Source: an uncultured Zetaproteobacteria bacterium (GTDB lineage Bacteria > Pseudomonadota > Zetaproteobacteria > Mariprofundales > Mariprofundaceae). Taken from it: DNA of 64,000 nt. The position numbers were made by a program, and so were the translations under genes. The notes under the pieces are model-generated. The model did no database searches, was not told the origin of the DNA, and saw nothing but the letters and a program-made list of their open reading frames with translations. Below, in pieces: positions 45,491 through 57,907 of the stretch (position 1 is its first letter; each line of letters opens with the position of its first letter). Location: assembly GCA_964492895.1 (NCBI GenBank), contig CAZBLR010000002.1:41104-105103 (forward strand), written 5' to 3'.

Positions 45491-47109
45491 GCATCGTTTC
45501 GGTGCATAAGGCCAGGCGGGCAGCTTTCTCCAGCCTGCTGTTCCTGGTGTTTGCAGGCTTGTTCGCCTATCCCATCGCCCGCCTGTTGTTGATGCCGTGG
45601 ATTCCGGCCCTGGAACCGGTCGGCGGCATCGGTGTGCACGCGTCCACCATTGGGCTATCGGCAGACGCCATCGTCAATACCATTCGCCTGGGGCTGGCCA
45701 GCACGCTGGTGGCGGTGCCGCTTGGCCTTGGCTTCGGTTGGCTGCTGGAACGCCGGCATTGGCGTGGCAAGAGCCTGTTTATGCTGACGCTGTGGTTGAT
45801 CTTCCTGACCCCCAGTTATCTGCTGACCACTGGCTGGCAGATCGTGTTCTCGCTGCCGATGCTGCATCACGGACACCTGGCCCAATTGTTCTTCGGTCAG
45901 GCGGGCATCATTGCATTGCTTGGCCTGAAAGGGCTCCCATTCGCCTGCCTGGCGGCGCGCGGAAGCTGGCGCGCCATCGGTACCGAGATCGTCGATGCCG
46001 CGCGTATTCATGTTGCCGGCGCATGGCAGCGGCACGGCGTGCTGCTGCGACTGTTGTTGCCGGCGGTCGGCTCCGCCTTCGCGATCGTGTTCATCGAGAG
46101 TATCCAGGAATTCGGCATCCCGGCCACGCTGGGGGCACAGATTCACCTGCCCATCATCACCTACGCCATCTATGAGCGCCTGGCCATGACGCCGGTGGAT
46201 TTCACCCATGCCGCTTTGCTGAGCTGGACCCTGGTCGTGCTCGCGGCTGGTGCCGCCTCCGCACACTTCTATCTCGGCAGACGTTTCGGCAGCGCGCTGG
46301 TGCATGGGCGGCAGCGCCAAAGCGTACCGCCAGGCTGCGGTCGCGCGGAAGGCGCCGTCGCCGGCGTCGCGGCCACGGCACTCTTCACCTTCGGTATCGC
46401 CATGCCGGGGGCGGCCATCATCCACGCCGCACTGTGGCAAATCGATCCGTATGCGTCCGTGCCGGTGCCGTGGCACACCCTGCTCTATTCGACGCTGTAT
46501 GCATCCATCGCCGCCCTGCTCGCCGTATCCGTGGCGATGCTGCTGATTTCCGGGCAAAGGCGCGCACGTGGCGGCATGGCGCATATGGCGGACGCGATGA
46601 CGCTGGGCAACATGGCCATTCCGGGGCTGGTGCTGGGTGCGGCCTACATCATCGCCTTCAATGATTCATGGTTGCCCCTGTACGGTACGCCCACCTTGCT
46701 GGTCATCGCCTATGTGGCAGCGCAGGTGCCGGTGCTGGTGCGTTTTCTTCAGGCGCCGATGGGGCAGGTGCACGCCAGCATGTCGGATGCCGCTCGCCTG
46801 CACGGGATGCCATGGGTCAACCGGGTCGCGGATATCCAGGCGCCGTTGCTGATGTCACCGTTTTTGTGGGGGTGGACGATGGCCTTCGGCCAGGTGTTCT
46901 TCGAGCTGCCGATATCCGAACTGCTGTATCCCGCCGGCCGCGCACCCGTGGGCGTGGCCATCGTCACCCTCAATCAAAAACTCCACTACACGGCGGAGGC
47001 ACGCCTGGCCCTGGCCGGCATCGCATTGTCGCTTGCCGTAGCCGGTTTCATGGCGCTCATGCTGCGCTTCGCCATGGTTCCGAATATGGCCAAGGAGCAG
47101 GCTGCGTGA
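45487..47109 (+). CDS. ABC transporter permease, fused double domain (FbpB-like)
   Basis: The 540-aa product has about 12 TM segments in two repeated permease halves. An ATGA overlap joins it to the binding-protein gene. Confidence 0.85.
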   Translation: MSIVSVHKARRAAFSSLLFLVFAGLFAYPIARLLLMPWIPALEPVGGIGVHASTIGLSADAIVNTIRLGLASTLVAVPLGLGFGWLLERRHWRGKSLFMLTLWLIFLTPSYLLTTGWQIVFSLPMLHHGHLAQLFFGQAGIIALLGLKGLPFACLAARGSWRAIGTEIVDAARIHVAGAWQRHGVLLRLLLPAVGSAFAIVFIESIQEFGIPATLGAQIHLPIITYAIYERLAMTPVDFTHAALLSWTLVVLAAGAASAHFYLGRRFGSALVHGRQRQSVPPGCGRAEGAVAGVAATALFTFGIAMPGAAIIHAALWQIDPYASVPVPWHTLLYSTLYASIAALLAVSVAMLLISGQRRARGGMAHMADAMTLGNMAIPGLVLGAAYIIAFNDSWLPLYGTPTLLVIAYVAAQVPVLVRFLQAPMGQVHASMSDAARLHGMPWVNRVADIQAPLLMSPFLWGWTMAFGQVFFELPISELLYPAGRAPVGVAIVTLNQKLHYTAEARLALAGIALSLAVAGFMALMLRFAMVPNMAKEQAA

Positions 47110-48170
47110 GTGCACTGTTGGACGTTGAGGCGGTCGGCAAGCGCTATGGCGGCCAGCCGGTACTTGCCGGCGTCGACCTTCGCCTGCAACCCGGCGAATT
47201 TGTCGTGCTTATCGGTGGTTCGGGATCGGGAAAGACCACGCTACTCAGGCTTGTGGGTGGTCTGGAGATGGCCGATCAGGGTGTCATCCGCCTGCGCTCC
47301 CAAGTCGTGGACGCGCCGGGTGACGGCATCTGGCTTCCGCCTGAGCGCCGGCGGTTGGGCATGGTATTCCAGGACTACGCGCTGTGGCCGCATATGACAT
47401 GCCTGGAGAACGTCATGGCGGTGCTGCCAACGCGTACACCGGACAGGAAAAAGGCCGCCATGACGCTGCTTGAGCAGGTTGGTGTGGCTGTGATGGCGAA
47501 CAGGAGACCGCAGCAGATGTCCGGCGGCCAGCAGCAGCGTGTCGGGATTGCGCGTGCCCTGGCTGCGAAGCCGGATCTGCTGCTCCTGGACGAACCGCTG
47601 TCGGGGCTCGATGTCGATACGCGCGAGCATTTGCGCATGCAGATTCGCAGTCTGACACGCGAGTACGGGGCTGGTGCATTATTCGTCAGCCATGATCCGA
47701 TCGATGCCTGGCGTCTGGCCGATCGCGTCGTGGTGCTGGAGCATGGCGTCCTGACCCAGGCCGATGCGCCGGAGGCACTCTATGCCGCACCTGCCACTGC
47801 CCGTATCGCCCGCTTCACGGGAGCTCAGGGTGGATTCGATGCTCGGCTGCGCCGACAGGATGAATCCCTGGGTATCGATCTGGCCGGGAGCTTTTTCCCA
47901 GCTACGCCGGTGGGCGTGAAAGAAGGAGAGATGGGTATCGCCTTCGTTCGTCCGTCCGGCGTGCGCCTGCATGAACATGGGGTGCCGGCGGATCTGGTTC
48001 ACTGTGCCTTCGAGGCCGGCAGCTACCGGGCTTACTGGCGCATTGCCGGATTGGATGAGCCCCTGTGCAGCCTGGAAGCCGCCCCGCCGGCGGCGCCGAC
48101 GGCGCAGCTGTCTATCGATCCGGAACACATCTTCATCTATCCGTTGCAAGGAGAAAACGCGTATGTCTGA
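47106..48170 (+). CDS. ABC transporter ATP-binding protein (FbpC-like, with a C-terminal regulatory/OB-like extension)
   Basis: It lies within ORF 46668..48170, and its GTG at 47106 overlaps the permease stop (GTGA). Walker A is GGSGSGKTT, the signature is MSGGQQQR and Walker B is LLLLDEPLSGLD. Confidence 0.9.
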   Translation: MSALLDVEAVGKRYGGQPVLAGVDLRLQPGEFVVLIGGSGSGKTTLLRLVGGLEMADQGVIRLRSQVVDAPGDGIWLPPERRRLGMVFQDYALWPHMTCLENVMAVLPTRTPDRKKAAMTLLEQVGVAVMANRRPQQMSGGQQQRVGIARALAAKPDLLLLDEPLSGLDVDTREHLRMQIRSLTREYGAGALFVSHDPIDAWRLADRVVVLEHGVLTQADAPEALYAAPATARIARFTGAQGGFDARLRRQDESLGIDLAGSFFPATPVGVKEGEMGIAFVRPSGVRLHEHGVPADLVHCAFEAGSYRAYWRIAGLDEPLCSLEAAPPAAPTAQLSIDPEHIFIYPLQGENAYV

Positions 48171-48903
48171 TTGGGGAATATTCCTGGCGACCTTCCTGGC
48201 CGCCACCGTCGAATGGGTGGAGGCCTTCACCATCGTGCTTGCCGTCAGCCTGACCATCGGCTGGGCCCGTTCCGCCGGCGCCGCCGCCACGGCCCTGCTG
48301 GTGCTGGCAGGGATGACGGCGGCCACCGGCGGTGTCCTGCGCCTGGGCCTGGAGATGCACTGGCTGCAGCTCATCATCGGCGTCTTCCTGCTGCTGTTCG
48401 GCGTGCGCTGGCTGGCCAAGGCGGTTGCCCGCCAGGCCGGCCTGAAGGCGATGCATGACGAGGAAGAGGAGTTCGAGGAGACACGGGAGGCGCTGGAGAA
48501 GGGCGACCAGCATGCCGCCTGGCTGATCGCCTTCAAGGGCGTGCTGCTGGAAGGGCTCGAGGTATGGCTGATCGTCGTGGCACTCGGCATCAAGGCCCAT
48601 CATTCGGCCACGGCCGTCGGCGCCGCCCTCGCGGCCCTGCTGGTCGTGACGCTGGTGGGCCTGATGGTGCGCGCACCGCTCAGGCGCGTGCCCGAGAATG
48701 CCATCAAGTTCGTGGTCGGTGCCATGATCGTCACCTTCGGCACCTTCTGGACGATCGAGGCGCTCGGTGGGGAGGCGGCCTGGCCGCTGGGTGACTGGAG
48801 CCTGCCGGCCCTGGTCGCCTTCTACCTGCTGGGCGGCCTTGGCATGGCCGCCATCCTGCGCCGCCGGCGTGCGCAGGCGGCGTTACAGGAGGAATTGTCA
48901 TGA
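48163..48903 (+). CDS. Seven-TM membrane protein with two ExxE motifs in repeated halves (uncharacterised family)
   Basis: It lies within ORF 47971..48903 and starts MSDWGIFLATFLAATVEWVEAF. A second repeat reads AAWLIAFKGVLLEGLEVWLIVVALG. An acidic loop HDEEEEFEETREALEKGD lies between the halves. It overlaps the ATPase stop by 8 nt. Confidence 0.6.
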   Translation: MSDWGIFLATFLAATVEWVEAFTIVLAVSLTIGWARSAGAAATALLVLAGMTAATGGVLRLGLEMHWLQLIIGVFLLLFGVRWLAKAVARQAGLKAMHDEEEEFEETREALEKGDQHAAWLIAFKGVLLEGLEVWLIVVALGIKAHHSATAVGAALAALLVVTLVGLMVRAPLRRVPENAIKFVVGAMIVTFGTFWTIEALGGEAAWPLGDWSLPALVAFYLLGGLGMAAILRRRRAQAALQEELS

Positions 48904-49067
48904 AGGCCTTTTTCAAGACGCTGTTCGGTGACTGGCTGAACCTGGGCTTCGTCACCCTAGTCGTGGCCGTCGAGGCGGGCCTGGTCAGGGCCGGTTATGC
49001 ACATCACGCCGGTGAGGTCACCCCGTTGCTGATCCTGGCCGGCGTGGGCTGGCTGGCCACGCGCTGA
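48900..49067 (+). CDS. Small (55 aa) hydrophobic protein, translationally coupled
   Basis: It appears to fall below the size range of the ORF track (no listed ORF is shorter than 60 aa). It reads MKAFFKTLFGDWLNLGFVTLVVAVEAGLVRAGYAHHAGEVTPLLILAGVGWLATR, with two hydrophobic stretches. Its ATG overlaps the upstream stop (ATGA). Confidence 0.4.
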   Translation: MKAFFKTLFGDWLNLGFVTLVVAVEAGLVRAGYAHHAGEVTPLLILAGVGWLATR

Positions 49068-49086
49068 CCCGGCTGCCGGGTCTGGG

Positions 49087-49404
49087 TCAGTCGCAGGCCT
49101 TGGTGACGGACGCCAGGCGGTCGGCATCGGCGCGCTGGGTGTCGTCGGTCTTTTCCCCCACCACGGCGGCCAGGGTCCGGGCCATGTCGCCGTACAGGCG
49201 GTAATGGATCCATTTGCCTTCCCGCCGGGTGTCGACGAGCCCGGCATGGCGCAGCACGGCCAGGTGCCGGGATACGGTGCTCTGGGGCAGCTGCAGGGCG
49301 TCGGTCAGATGGCAGACGCAGAGTTCGTTTTCCAGTGACAGCAGGTGGAACAGGCGCAGGCGAATAGGATCGCCCAGCGCCTTGAAGGCGTCCGCAGTCG
49401 TCAC
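49087..49404 (-). CDS. ArsR/SmtB family metalloregulator
   Basis: The 105-aa product starts at a GTG. It shows LGDPIRLRLFHLL, the alpha3 metal-site motif ELCVCHL and the HTH QSTVSRHLAVLRHAGLV. Confidence 0.85.
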   Translation of the reverse strand: MTTADAFKALGDPIRLRLFHLLSLENELCVCHLTDALQLPQSTVSRHLAVLRHAGLVDTRREGKWIHYRLYGDMARTLAAVVGEKTDDTQRADADRLASVTKACD

Positions 49405-49410
49405 CGGTGG

Positions 49411-50001
49411 CTAGTCCCTGGCGAGCGGCGAGATGCGCGGCAGCAGGTTGTGTCCCTTGATCTTGTGCAGCGCCACCATGCCGACATGGCCGATCAGGTA
49501 GGCCCAGACCAGGTTGCCGCCGGTGCCGTGGATTTCCTCGATAGCATGCACGAACGGGCTCATGTGGCCGGTCAGCTCGTCCATGCCGAAGAAGATCACG
49601 GTGCCGGTGCCGGCCATGCCCAGCACCAGCAGCAGGCCCAGGCCGTGCACGGTGCCGGCCAGGGCGCTTTCCTCGGCCGTCTCGTGCAGCTTGCCGGTCA
49701 GCCAGCCGGGGATGGTCTTGATCTCGTCGACGATGGCCCTGCGGCCATCGGCGGACAGGTACGGGAACAGCCGCGCGAATCCCCCTTTCGCGGTGCCGAA
49801 GGCGCTCCACAGGATATGCAGCACCACGATGGCGCAGGCGGCCAGCCCGACCCATTCGTGCATCTCGAAGAAGAAGGCCTCGCTGCTCGTGCGGATGCGC
49901 CCCAGTTTCGGCAGGCGCATGAACGACTCGCTCAACAGCTGCAGCGGTATGGCCAGGGCCAGCCCTGCGTGCAGCCAGCGTGTCAGGCGATCATATCCCA
50001 T
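49411..50001 (-). CDS. Cytochrome b561 family protein (CybB/YceJ-like)
   Basis: It lies within ORF 49411..50172 and starts MGYDRLTRWLHAGLALAI. It has four TM helices with conserved His residues (EMHEWVGL, HGLGLL, IGHVGMVALH). An AAGGAGA SD lies 10 nt after the argG stop. Confidence 0.8.
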   Translation of the reverse strand: MGYDRLTRWLHAGLALAIPLQLLSESFMRLPKLGRIRTSSEAFFFEMHEWVGLAACAIVVLHILWSAFGTAKGGFARLFPYLSADGRRAIVDEIKTIPGWLTGKLHETAEESALAGTVHGLGLLLVLGMAGTGTVIFFGMDELTGHMSPFVHAIEEIHGTGGNLVWAYLIGHVGMVALHKIKGHNLLPRISPLARD

Positions 50002-50011
50002 CGGTGTCTCC

Positions 50012-51238
<1,227 letters not shown>

Positions 51239-51307
51239 CTTCAACCCCTGTGTTCGGCCCGGGAGCCGGGCCGCAGTGTAAGCCCAACTCGCGGCAAGAC
51301 AATGCCC

Positions 51308-52216
51308 CTATTGCGTGAGCAGGAATTCCATCAGCGCCTTCTGCACGTGCAGGCGGTTCTCGGCCTCGTCCCAGACCACCGACTGCGGGCCGTCGATGAC
51401 CTCGGCCGTGACCTCCTCGCCGCGGTGTGCCGGCAGGCAGTGCATGAACAGGGCGTCGTCGTGCGCCTCGGCCATCAGGCTCGCATCCACGGTGAAGCCG
51501 GCGAAGGCCTGCTCGCGCTCGGTCTGCTCGGCCTCCTGGCCCATCGAGGCCCAGACATCGGTGGTCACGAGATCGGCGCCGGCCGCCGCCTCGAACGGCT
51601 GGTCGGACAGCTGGATCTCTGCCCCGCGCGCCCGCGCCGCGGCCAGCAGGCCCTCATCCGGCCGATAGCCATCGGGGCAGGCCAGGTTCAGGCGGTAGCC
51701 GAAGGTCACGGCGCCGTTGATCCAGGAATGGGCCATGTTGTTGCCGTCGCCGATCCAGGCCACGGTGTGTCCGGCGATGTCGCCGCGCTGCTCGGTGTAG
51801 GTGAACACGTCGGCCAGGATCTGGCACGGATGGGTGGCATCGGTCAGGGCGTTGATCACCGGCACCGATGAGTATGCGGCGAAGCGCTGCAGGGTATCGT
51901 GGCCGAAGGTGCGGATCATGATCAGGTCGACCATGCGCGACAGCACGCGCGCCGAGTCCTCGATCGGTTCGCCGCGCCCGAGCTGCGTGGCCCCGGAATG
52001 CAGGAACAGCGCATGGCCGCCGAGCTGGAACATGCCGACCTCGAAGGACACGCGCGTGCGCGTACTGGCCTTGTCGAAGATCATGCCCAGCGTCCTGCCT
52101 TCCAGCGTGCGATGCGCGGTGCCCTGCTTCTGCATGCGTTTCATGTCGGCGGCGCGGGCGAGCAGCGCGTGCGCCTCGTCCGTCGTGATGTCCAGCAGGG
52201 TCAGGAAATGTCTCAC
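51308..52216 (-). CDS. argF: Ornithine carbamoyltransferase
   Basis: The 302-aa product starts at a GTG. It shows [21 protein letters not shown] and [12 protein letters not shown]. Confidence 0.95.
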   Translation of the reverse strand: MRHFLTLLDITTDEAHALLARAADMKRMQKQGTAHRTLEGRTLGMIFDKASTRTRVSFEVGMFQLGGHALFLHSGATQLGRGEPIEDSARVLSRMVDLIMIRTFGHDTLQRFAAYSSVPVINALTDATHPCQILADVFTYTEQRGDIAGHTVAWIGDGNNMAHSWINGAVTFGYRLNLACPDGYRPDEGLLAAARARGAEIQLSDQPFEAAAGADLVTTDVWASMGQEAEQTEREQAFAGFTVDASLMAEAHDDALFMHCLPAHRGEEVTAEVIDGPQSVVWDEAENRLHVQKALMEFLLTQ

Positions 52217-52226
52217 GGCGCGTCCT

Positions 52227-53384
52227 TTACGGCAGGCAGCGGTCCACGATGGCCAGCGCCTCGTCGATCTCGTCCGCCGACACGTTCAGCGGGGGCAGGA
52301 AGCGCATGACTTTGGGCCCGGCCAGCAGCAAAAGCAAGCCTGCGTCCCGGCAGGCAACGATGAACGGCGCGGCGTCACAGTCGAGCTCCAGGCCGGCGAT
52401 CAGGCCAAGGCCGCGTACCGCGCGCACCGCCCTGTGACGTTCGGCGATGGCGTTCAGGCCCGCCAGCAGGCGTTCGCCCTGGGCCCTGGCGTTGGCCACC
52501 AGATGCTCGCGCTCGACGGTGCCCAATACGGACAGCGCCGCCGTGCAGGCCAGCGGGTTGCCGCCGAAGGTGGTGCCGTGGCTGCCGGGGGTGAAGGCGG
52601 CGGCCACCTTCCCCGTGGCCAGCATGGCGCCGATCGGAAATCCGCTGCCCAGGCCCTTGGCCAGCGACAGGATGTCCGGCAATGCCGCCTCGTGCTGGTA
52701 GGCGAACATGGTGCCGGTGCGGCCGATGCCGGTCTGGATCTCGTCGAGGATCAACAGCACGCCCTCGTTGTCGCACAGCTCGCGCACGGCGGACAGATAG
52801 CCGCCCTCGGGCATGTTGACGCCGCCCTCGCCCTGGATCGGTTCGAGCATGATGGCGGCGGTATCCTCGTCGATGGCGGCCTCCAGCGCCGCGACATCGC
52901 CGTACGGCACGTGCAGGAAGCCCGGCATCAGCGGATCGAAGCCGATCTTGACCTTGTCCTGGCCGGTGGCGGACAGCGTGTTCAGGGTGCGCCCGTGGAA
53001 GGACTGCGTGGCGGTGATGATGGTGCGCCGCGGCGAGCCCTGGTCGTGCCAGTAGCGGCGGGCCAGCTTGATGGCCGCCTCGTTGGCCTCCGCACCCGAG
53101 TTGCAGAAGAAGGCCTGGTCCAGCCCGGAGAGCCGGCACAGGGTCTCGGCCAGCTGTTCCTGCTGCGGGATGTGGAACAGGTTCGAGCAGTGGATCAGCG
53201 TTTCGGCCTGCCGGCACACGGCCTCGGCCAGCGCCGGATGGGCGTGGCCGAGCGTGTTGACGGCAATGCCGGAGATGAAATCGAGGTAGCACTTGCCGCG
53301 GTCGTCCCAGGCGCGGCTGCCCCGGCCCTTGACCAGGCGCACCGGGAAACGGGCATAGGTGTTCATCAGATACGGGCTGTTCAT
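52227..53384 (-). CDS. argD: Acetylornithine aminotransferase
   Basis: This is ORF 52227..53447. It shows [24 protein letters not shown] and the PLP-Lys region [14 protein letters not shown]. The start at 53384 is typical for the family, and 53447 is an alternative. Confidence 0.9.
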   Translation of the reverse strand: MNSPYLMNTYARFPVRLVKGRGSRAWDDRGKCYLDFISGIAVNTLGHAHPALAEAVCRQAETLIHCSNLFHIPQQEQLAETLCRLSGLDQAFFCNSGAEANEAAIKLARRYWHDQGSPRRTIITATQSFHGRTLNTLSATGQDKVKIGFDPLMPGFLHVPYGDVAALEAAIDEDTAAIMLEPIQGEGGVNMPEGGYLSAVRELCDNEGVLLILDEIQTGIGRTGTMFAYQHEAALPDILSLAKGLGSGFPIGAMLATGKVAAAFTPGSHGTTFGGNPLACTAALSVLGTVEREHLVANARAQGERLLAGLNAIAERHRAVRAVRGLGLIAGLELDCDAAPFIVACRDAGLLLLLAGPKVMRFLPPLNVSADEIDEALAIVDRCLP

Positions 53385-53440
53385 CGTTCGAAGTGTAGGG
53401 AACAGGCCGGAAAATGCATCTGTTCCGGCGGTGCGGATGC

Positions 53441-54334
53441 TCAGCATCCCTCGTCGGGGCAGACGATTTCCGGCTGCAGCGTGGCATGGCTGACACCGAG
53501 ATCATGAAGCCGTTCGAGCAGTTGCGGCAGGATGGTGTTCCAGTCCTCCATGGCCTCGATGCGCACGTGCGCCGACAGGGCCACCTGCCCGCTCGGCAGC
53601 TTCCACACATGCACGTGGTGGCTGCCGGTCACACCGTCGGCGGCGTTCAGGGCATCCTGCAGCTCGTGCACGTGGAAGCCCGCCGGCACCGATTCCATGA
53701 GCTCCAACGTCGTCTCGCGCAGCAGCCGCCAGCCGCCCCAGACCAGGATGCCGGCCACCAGGAAGGACAGGATCGGATCGATGGGCATCCAGCCGGTCAG
53801 CAGGATCACGACGCCGGCGACGATGGCGGCGACGGAGCCCACGGCGTCGCCGAGCACGTGCCAGAAGGCGGCGCGCGTGTTCAGATCGTCGTCACCATGC
53901 AGCCAGCGCAGGATCAGCAGATTGACCAACAGGCCGACGACGGCGATGGCCAGCAGGATGGCGCCCTTGACGGGGTGCGGGGTCGTCAGGCGCTCGAAGG
54001 CCTCCCAGACGATCCAGACGCTCAGGAGCCATAGTGCCAGGCCGTTGATCTGGGCCGCGAACAGCTTGGCACGGCCGTAGCCGTAGCTCATGCGGTCGGT
54101 GGCGGGACGCTGGGCGATGCGGCTGGCTGTCAGTGCCAGGCCCAGGGCCACGATGTCGGAGGCCATGTGCGCGGCATCGGCGAGCAGGGCCAGCGAGCCG
54201 GAGATGAGGCCGCCGCCGAGCTCAACCAGCGCGAACAGCGTCGTCAGCATCACGGCCTTGTTCAGCGGCGCGTGGTGATCGTGCCCGTGGCCGTGCCCGT
54301 GATCGTGCCCGTGGTCGTGATGGTGGGTGCTCAT
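53441..54334 (-). CDS. Cation diffusion facilitator (CzcD/ZitB-like) with a His-rich N-terminus
   Basis: The 297-aa product starts MSTHHHDHGHDHGHGHGHDHH. It has six TM segments with the metal-site motifs AHMASD and WHVLGD, and a C-terminal cytoplasmic domain. Confidence 0.9.
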   Translation of the reverse strand: MSTHHHDHGHDHGHGHGHDHHAPLNKAVMLTTLFALVELGGGLISGSLALLADAAHMASDIVALGLALTASRIAQRPATDRMSYGYGRAKLFAAQINGLALWLLSVWIVWEAFERLTTPHPVKGAILLAIAVVGLLVNLLILRWLHGDDDLNTRAAFWHVLGDAVGSVAAIVAGVVILLTGWMPIDPILSFLVAGILVWGGWRLLRETTLELMESVPAGFHVHELQDALNAADGVTGSHHVHVWKLPSGQVALSAHVRIEAMEDWNTILPQLLERLHDLGVSHATLQPEIVCPDEGC

Positions 54335-55128
54335 GCGTTCCCCGGCACCGCCTGGTACCAGCCGCCGGATTCGAGCAAGCTCACCGGTGTCTCGAACAGT
54401 TCCTCGAGCCTGGCCGCCGTCAGCGTATCGCGCTTGGGCCCGTCGGCGAGGATGCGCCCCTGTCTGAGCAGGATCACGCGTCCGATCTCCGGCGGGATCT
54501 CGTGGATGTGATGGGTCACGAGAACCAGGGTCTTGCCGGCCTGCATCAGCGAGCGCATCAGGGCCAGGTACTGGAAGGTGGCGGTCAGGTCCAGGCCGCT
54601 CGTCGGTTCATCGAGCACCAGCACGCCGGGATCGTGGATCAGGGCCCGGCCGAGCAGGCAGCGCCGTTGCTGGCCGGTGGACATGTGTTCAAAGGGCGTG
54701 TGCGCGAGCCCGGCGATGCCGAGCAGCGCCATCAGCTCGCGGGCCCGTGCCATGTCCTGTTCGCCGTACGACTGATGGGCATGGATGCCGATGCTGGCGT
54801 ACAGGCCGGACAGGATGATCTCCAGGCCGCGCGCATCCGGCTCGTAATCGTTCTGCAGGTCCTGCGACACGATGCCCAGGTGCCGGCGCAGGTCCCGGAT
54901 GTCCCAGCGCTCCTGGCCGAACAGGGTCATGCGGCTGTGTTCGCGGTGCAGCGGGTAGAGCTCCCGCGTCATCAGCTTCAGCAGGGTGGACTTGCCGGCG
55001 CCGTTCGGGCCGAGGATGGCCACATGCTCGCCGACATGCAGGCTCAGGCTCAGATCCTCGAACACCCGGGTCTGTTCGCGGTTCGCCGCGACATGGCGCA
55101 ATTCGACGATGGCGGCGGGTGCGGGCAT
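54331..55128 (-). CDS. Stand-alone ABC ATP-binding protein (ModF/YlmA-like half)
   Basis: The 265-aa product has Walker A GPNGAGKST, signature MSTGQQRR and Walker B VLVLDEPTSGLD. No permease gene is adjacent. Its stop overlaps the CDF start (ATGA). Confidence 0.85.
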   Translation of the reverse strand: MPAPAAIVELRHVAANREQTRVFEDLSLSLHVGEHVAILGPNGAGKSTLLKLMTRELYPLHREHSRMTLFGQERWDIRDLRRHLGIVSQDLQNDYEPDARGLEIILSGLYASIGIHAHQSYGEQDMARARELMALLGIAGLAHTPFEHMSTGQQRRCLLGRALIHDPGVLVLDEPTSGLDLTATFQYLALMRSLMQAGKTLVLVTHHIHEIPPEIGRVILLRQGRILADGPKRDTLTAARLEELFETPVSLLESGGWYQAVPGNA

Positions 55129-55197
55129 CGGCCCACGCTAGCGCAGAAACGCGGCTGCGAGTAGCGCGGCAAGCCCTTGCTTTGATAGGGTTCGGCG

Positions 55198-55847
55198 ATG
55201 GATACGTCCGTCTTGCGGTATCGGACCCGCATCAAGGTCTGCGGCATCACCCGCAAGCAGGACGCGCTGTTGGCGGCCGGGCTCGGCGCCGATGCCGTCG
55301 GTTTCGTGTTCTATGACAAATCCCCGCGTTATATCGCACCGGAAAAGGCCGCCGCCATCCTGCGCGCGCTGCCGCCCTTCGTGTCCGCGGTCGGCCTGTT
55401 CGTGAACCCGACGCAGGACGAGGTCGATGCCACGCTCACGCTCTGCCCGCTGGACGTGCTGCAGCTGCACGGCGACGAGACGCCGGAGTTCTGCGAGGCC
55501 CAGGCCCGGCGCGTGCTGAAGGCCGTGCCGGTTTCGGGGCGGGAGGATCTCAAGCGGGTGCATCGCTTCGACGTGCCGGTGCTGCTCGACGCGCGCGCGC
55601 CGGAGGGGGTCTACGGTGGCACCGGCGTCCGTTTCGACTGGGGCCTGCTCGACGGGTTCACGCATGCCCGGCCCCTGGTCCTGGCCGGAGGCCTGGATGC
55701 ACAGAACGTGGCCGAGGCGCTGGCGGTTCGCCAATGGTTCGCGCTGGATGTATCCTCCGGGGTCGAGGCCTTGCCTGGCATCAAGGATGAGGGGAAGATG
55801 CGGGCCTTTTTTGACGCCGTGTGGCGGGCGGAGGAGCGAGCGCAGCC

Positions 55848-55851
<4 letters not shown>
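55198..55851 (+). CDS. trpF: Phosphoribosylanthranilate isomerase
   Basis: The 217-aa product shows [15 protein letters not shown] and DVSSGVE. Confidence 0.9.
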
Positions 55852-57073
<1,222 letters not shown>

Positions 57074-57077
<4 letters not shown>

Positions 57078-57907
57078 GTCACACCGATCGTCTCGCCGCG
57101 CGCTTCGCCGCCTGCCGCGCCGCTGGCCGCGCCGCCCTGGTCGGCTACCTGACCGCGGGGGATCCCGATCCGGCCGATTCCGAGTCGCTGCTGACATCGC
57201 TGGCGGCGGAGGTCGACGTGCTGGAGATCGGCATGCCGTTCTCCGACCCGATGGCCGACGGACCGGTGATCCAGGCCGCGAGCGAGCGGGCGCTGGCCGC
57301 CGGCACGCACATGGACGACGTGTTTCGCCTGGCCGAGGCGGTGCGCAAGGCGCAGCCGGACATCGGTATCGTGCTGATGGGTTATGCCAACACGCCGTAT
57401 GCCATGGGCTTCGAGCGCTTTGCCGAGCGTGCCCGTGAATGTGGCGTCGACGGCGTGCTGCTGGTGGACATCCCGCCCGAGGAGTCGGCGCTGTGCCGCG
57501 ACGTGCTGCGCTCCCGCGGTCTGCACCAGATCTTCCTGCTGTCGCCGACCTCGACGGACCGCCGCATCGATCTTGTGGCTGAAAACGGCAGCGGCTTCAT
57601 CTATTATGTATCGCTGACGGGCATTACCGGGGCCGAGATGGGCGAGATCGGGCAGGTGCGCGACAGCGTGGCACGTATCCGGGCGCGCACCGAACTGCCG
57701 GTGTGCGTCGGCTTCGGCATCAAATCCCCGTCGCAGGCGGAGGCGGTTGCCGCGTTCGCCGATGGCGTGGTCGTGGGCAGTCATTTCGTCACGCAGGTGA
57801 CGGCCCATGCCGGCGATGTCGGTGCTGCGGGTACCGCCATCCGGACGGCCGCAGCGGCCATGCACGAGGCCATGACGCGCACGCCCGTCGCAGGAGAGAT
57901 GGTTTGA
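57074..57907 (+). CDS. trpA: Tryptophan synthase alpha chain
   Basis: The 277-aa product shows [18 protein letters not shown] and VGFGI. An ATGA overlap joins it to trpB. Confidence 0.95.
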
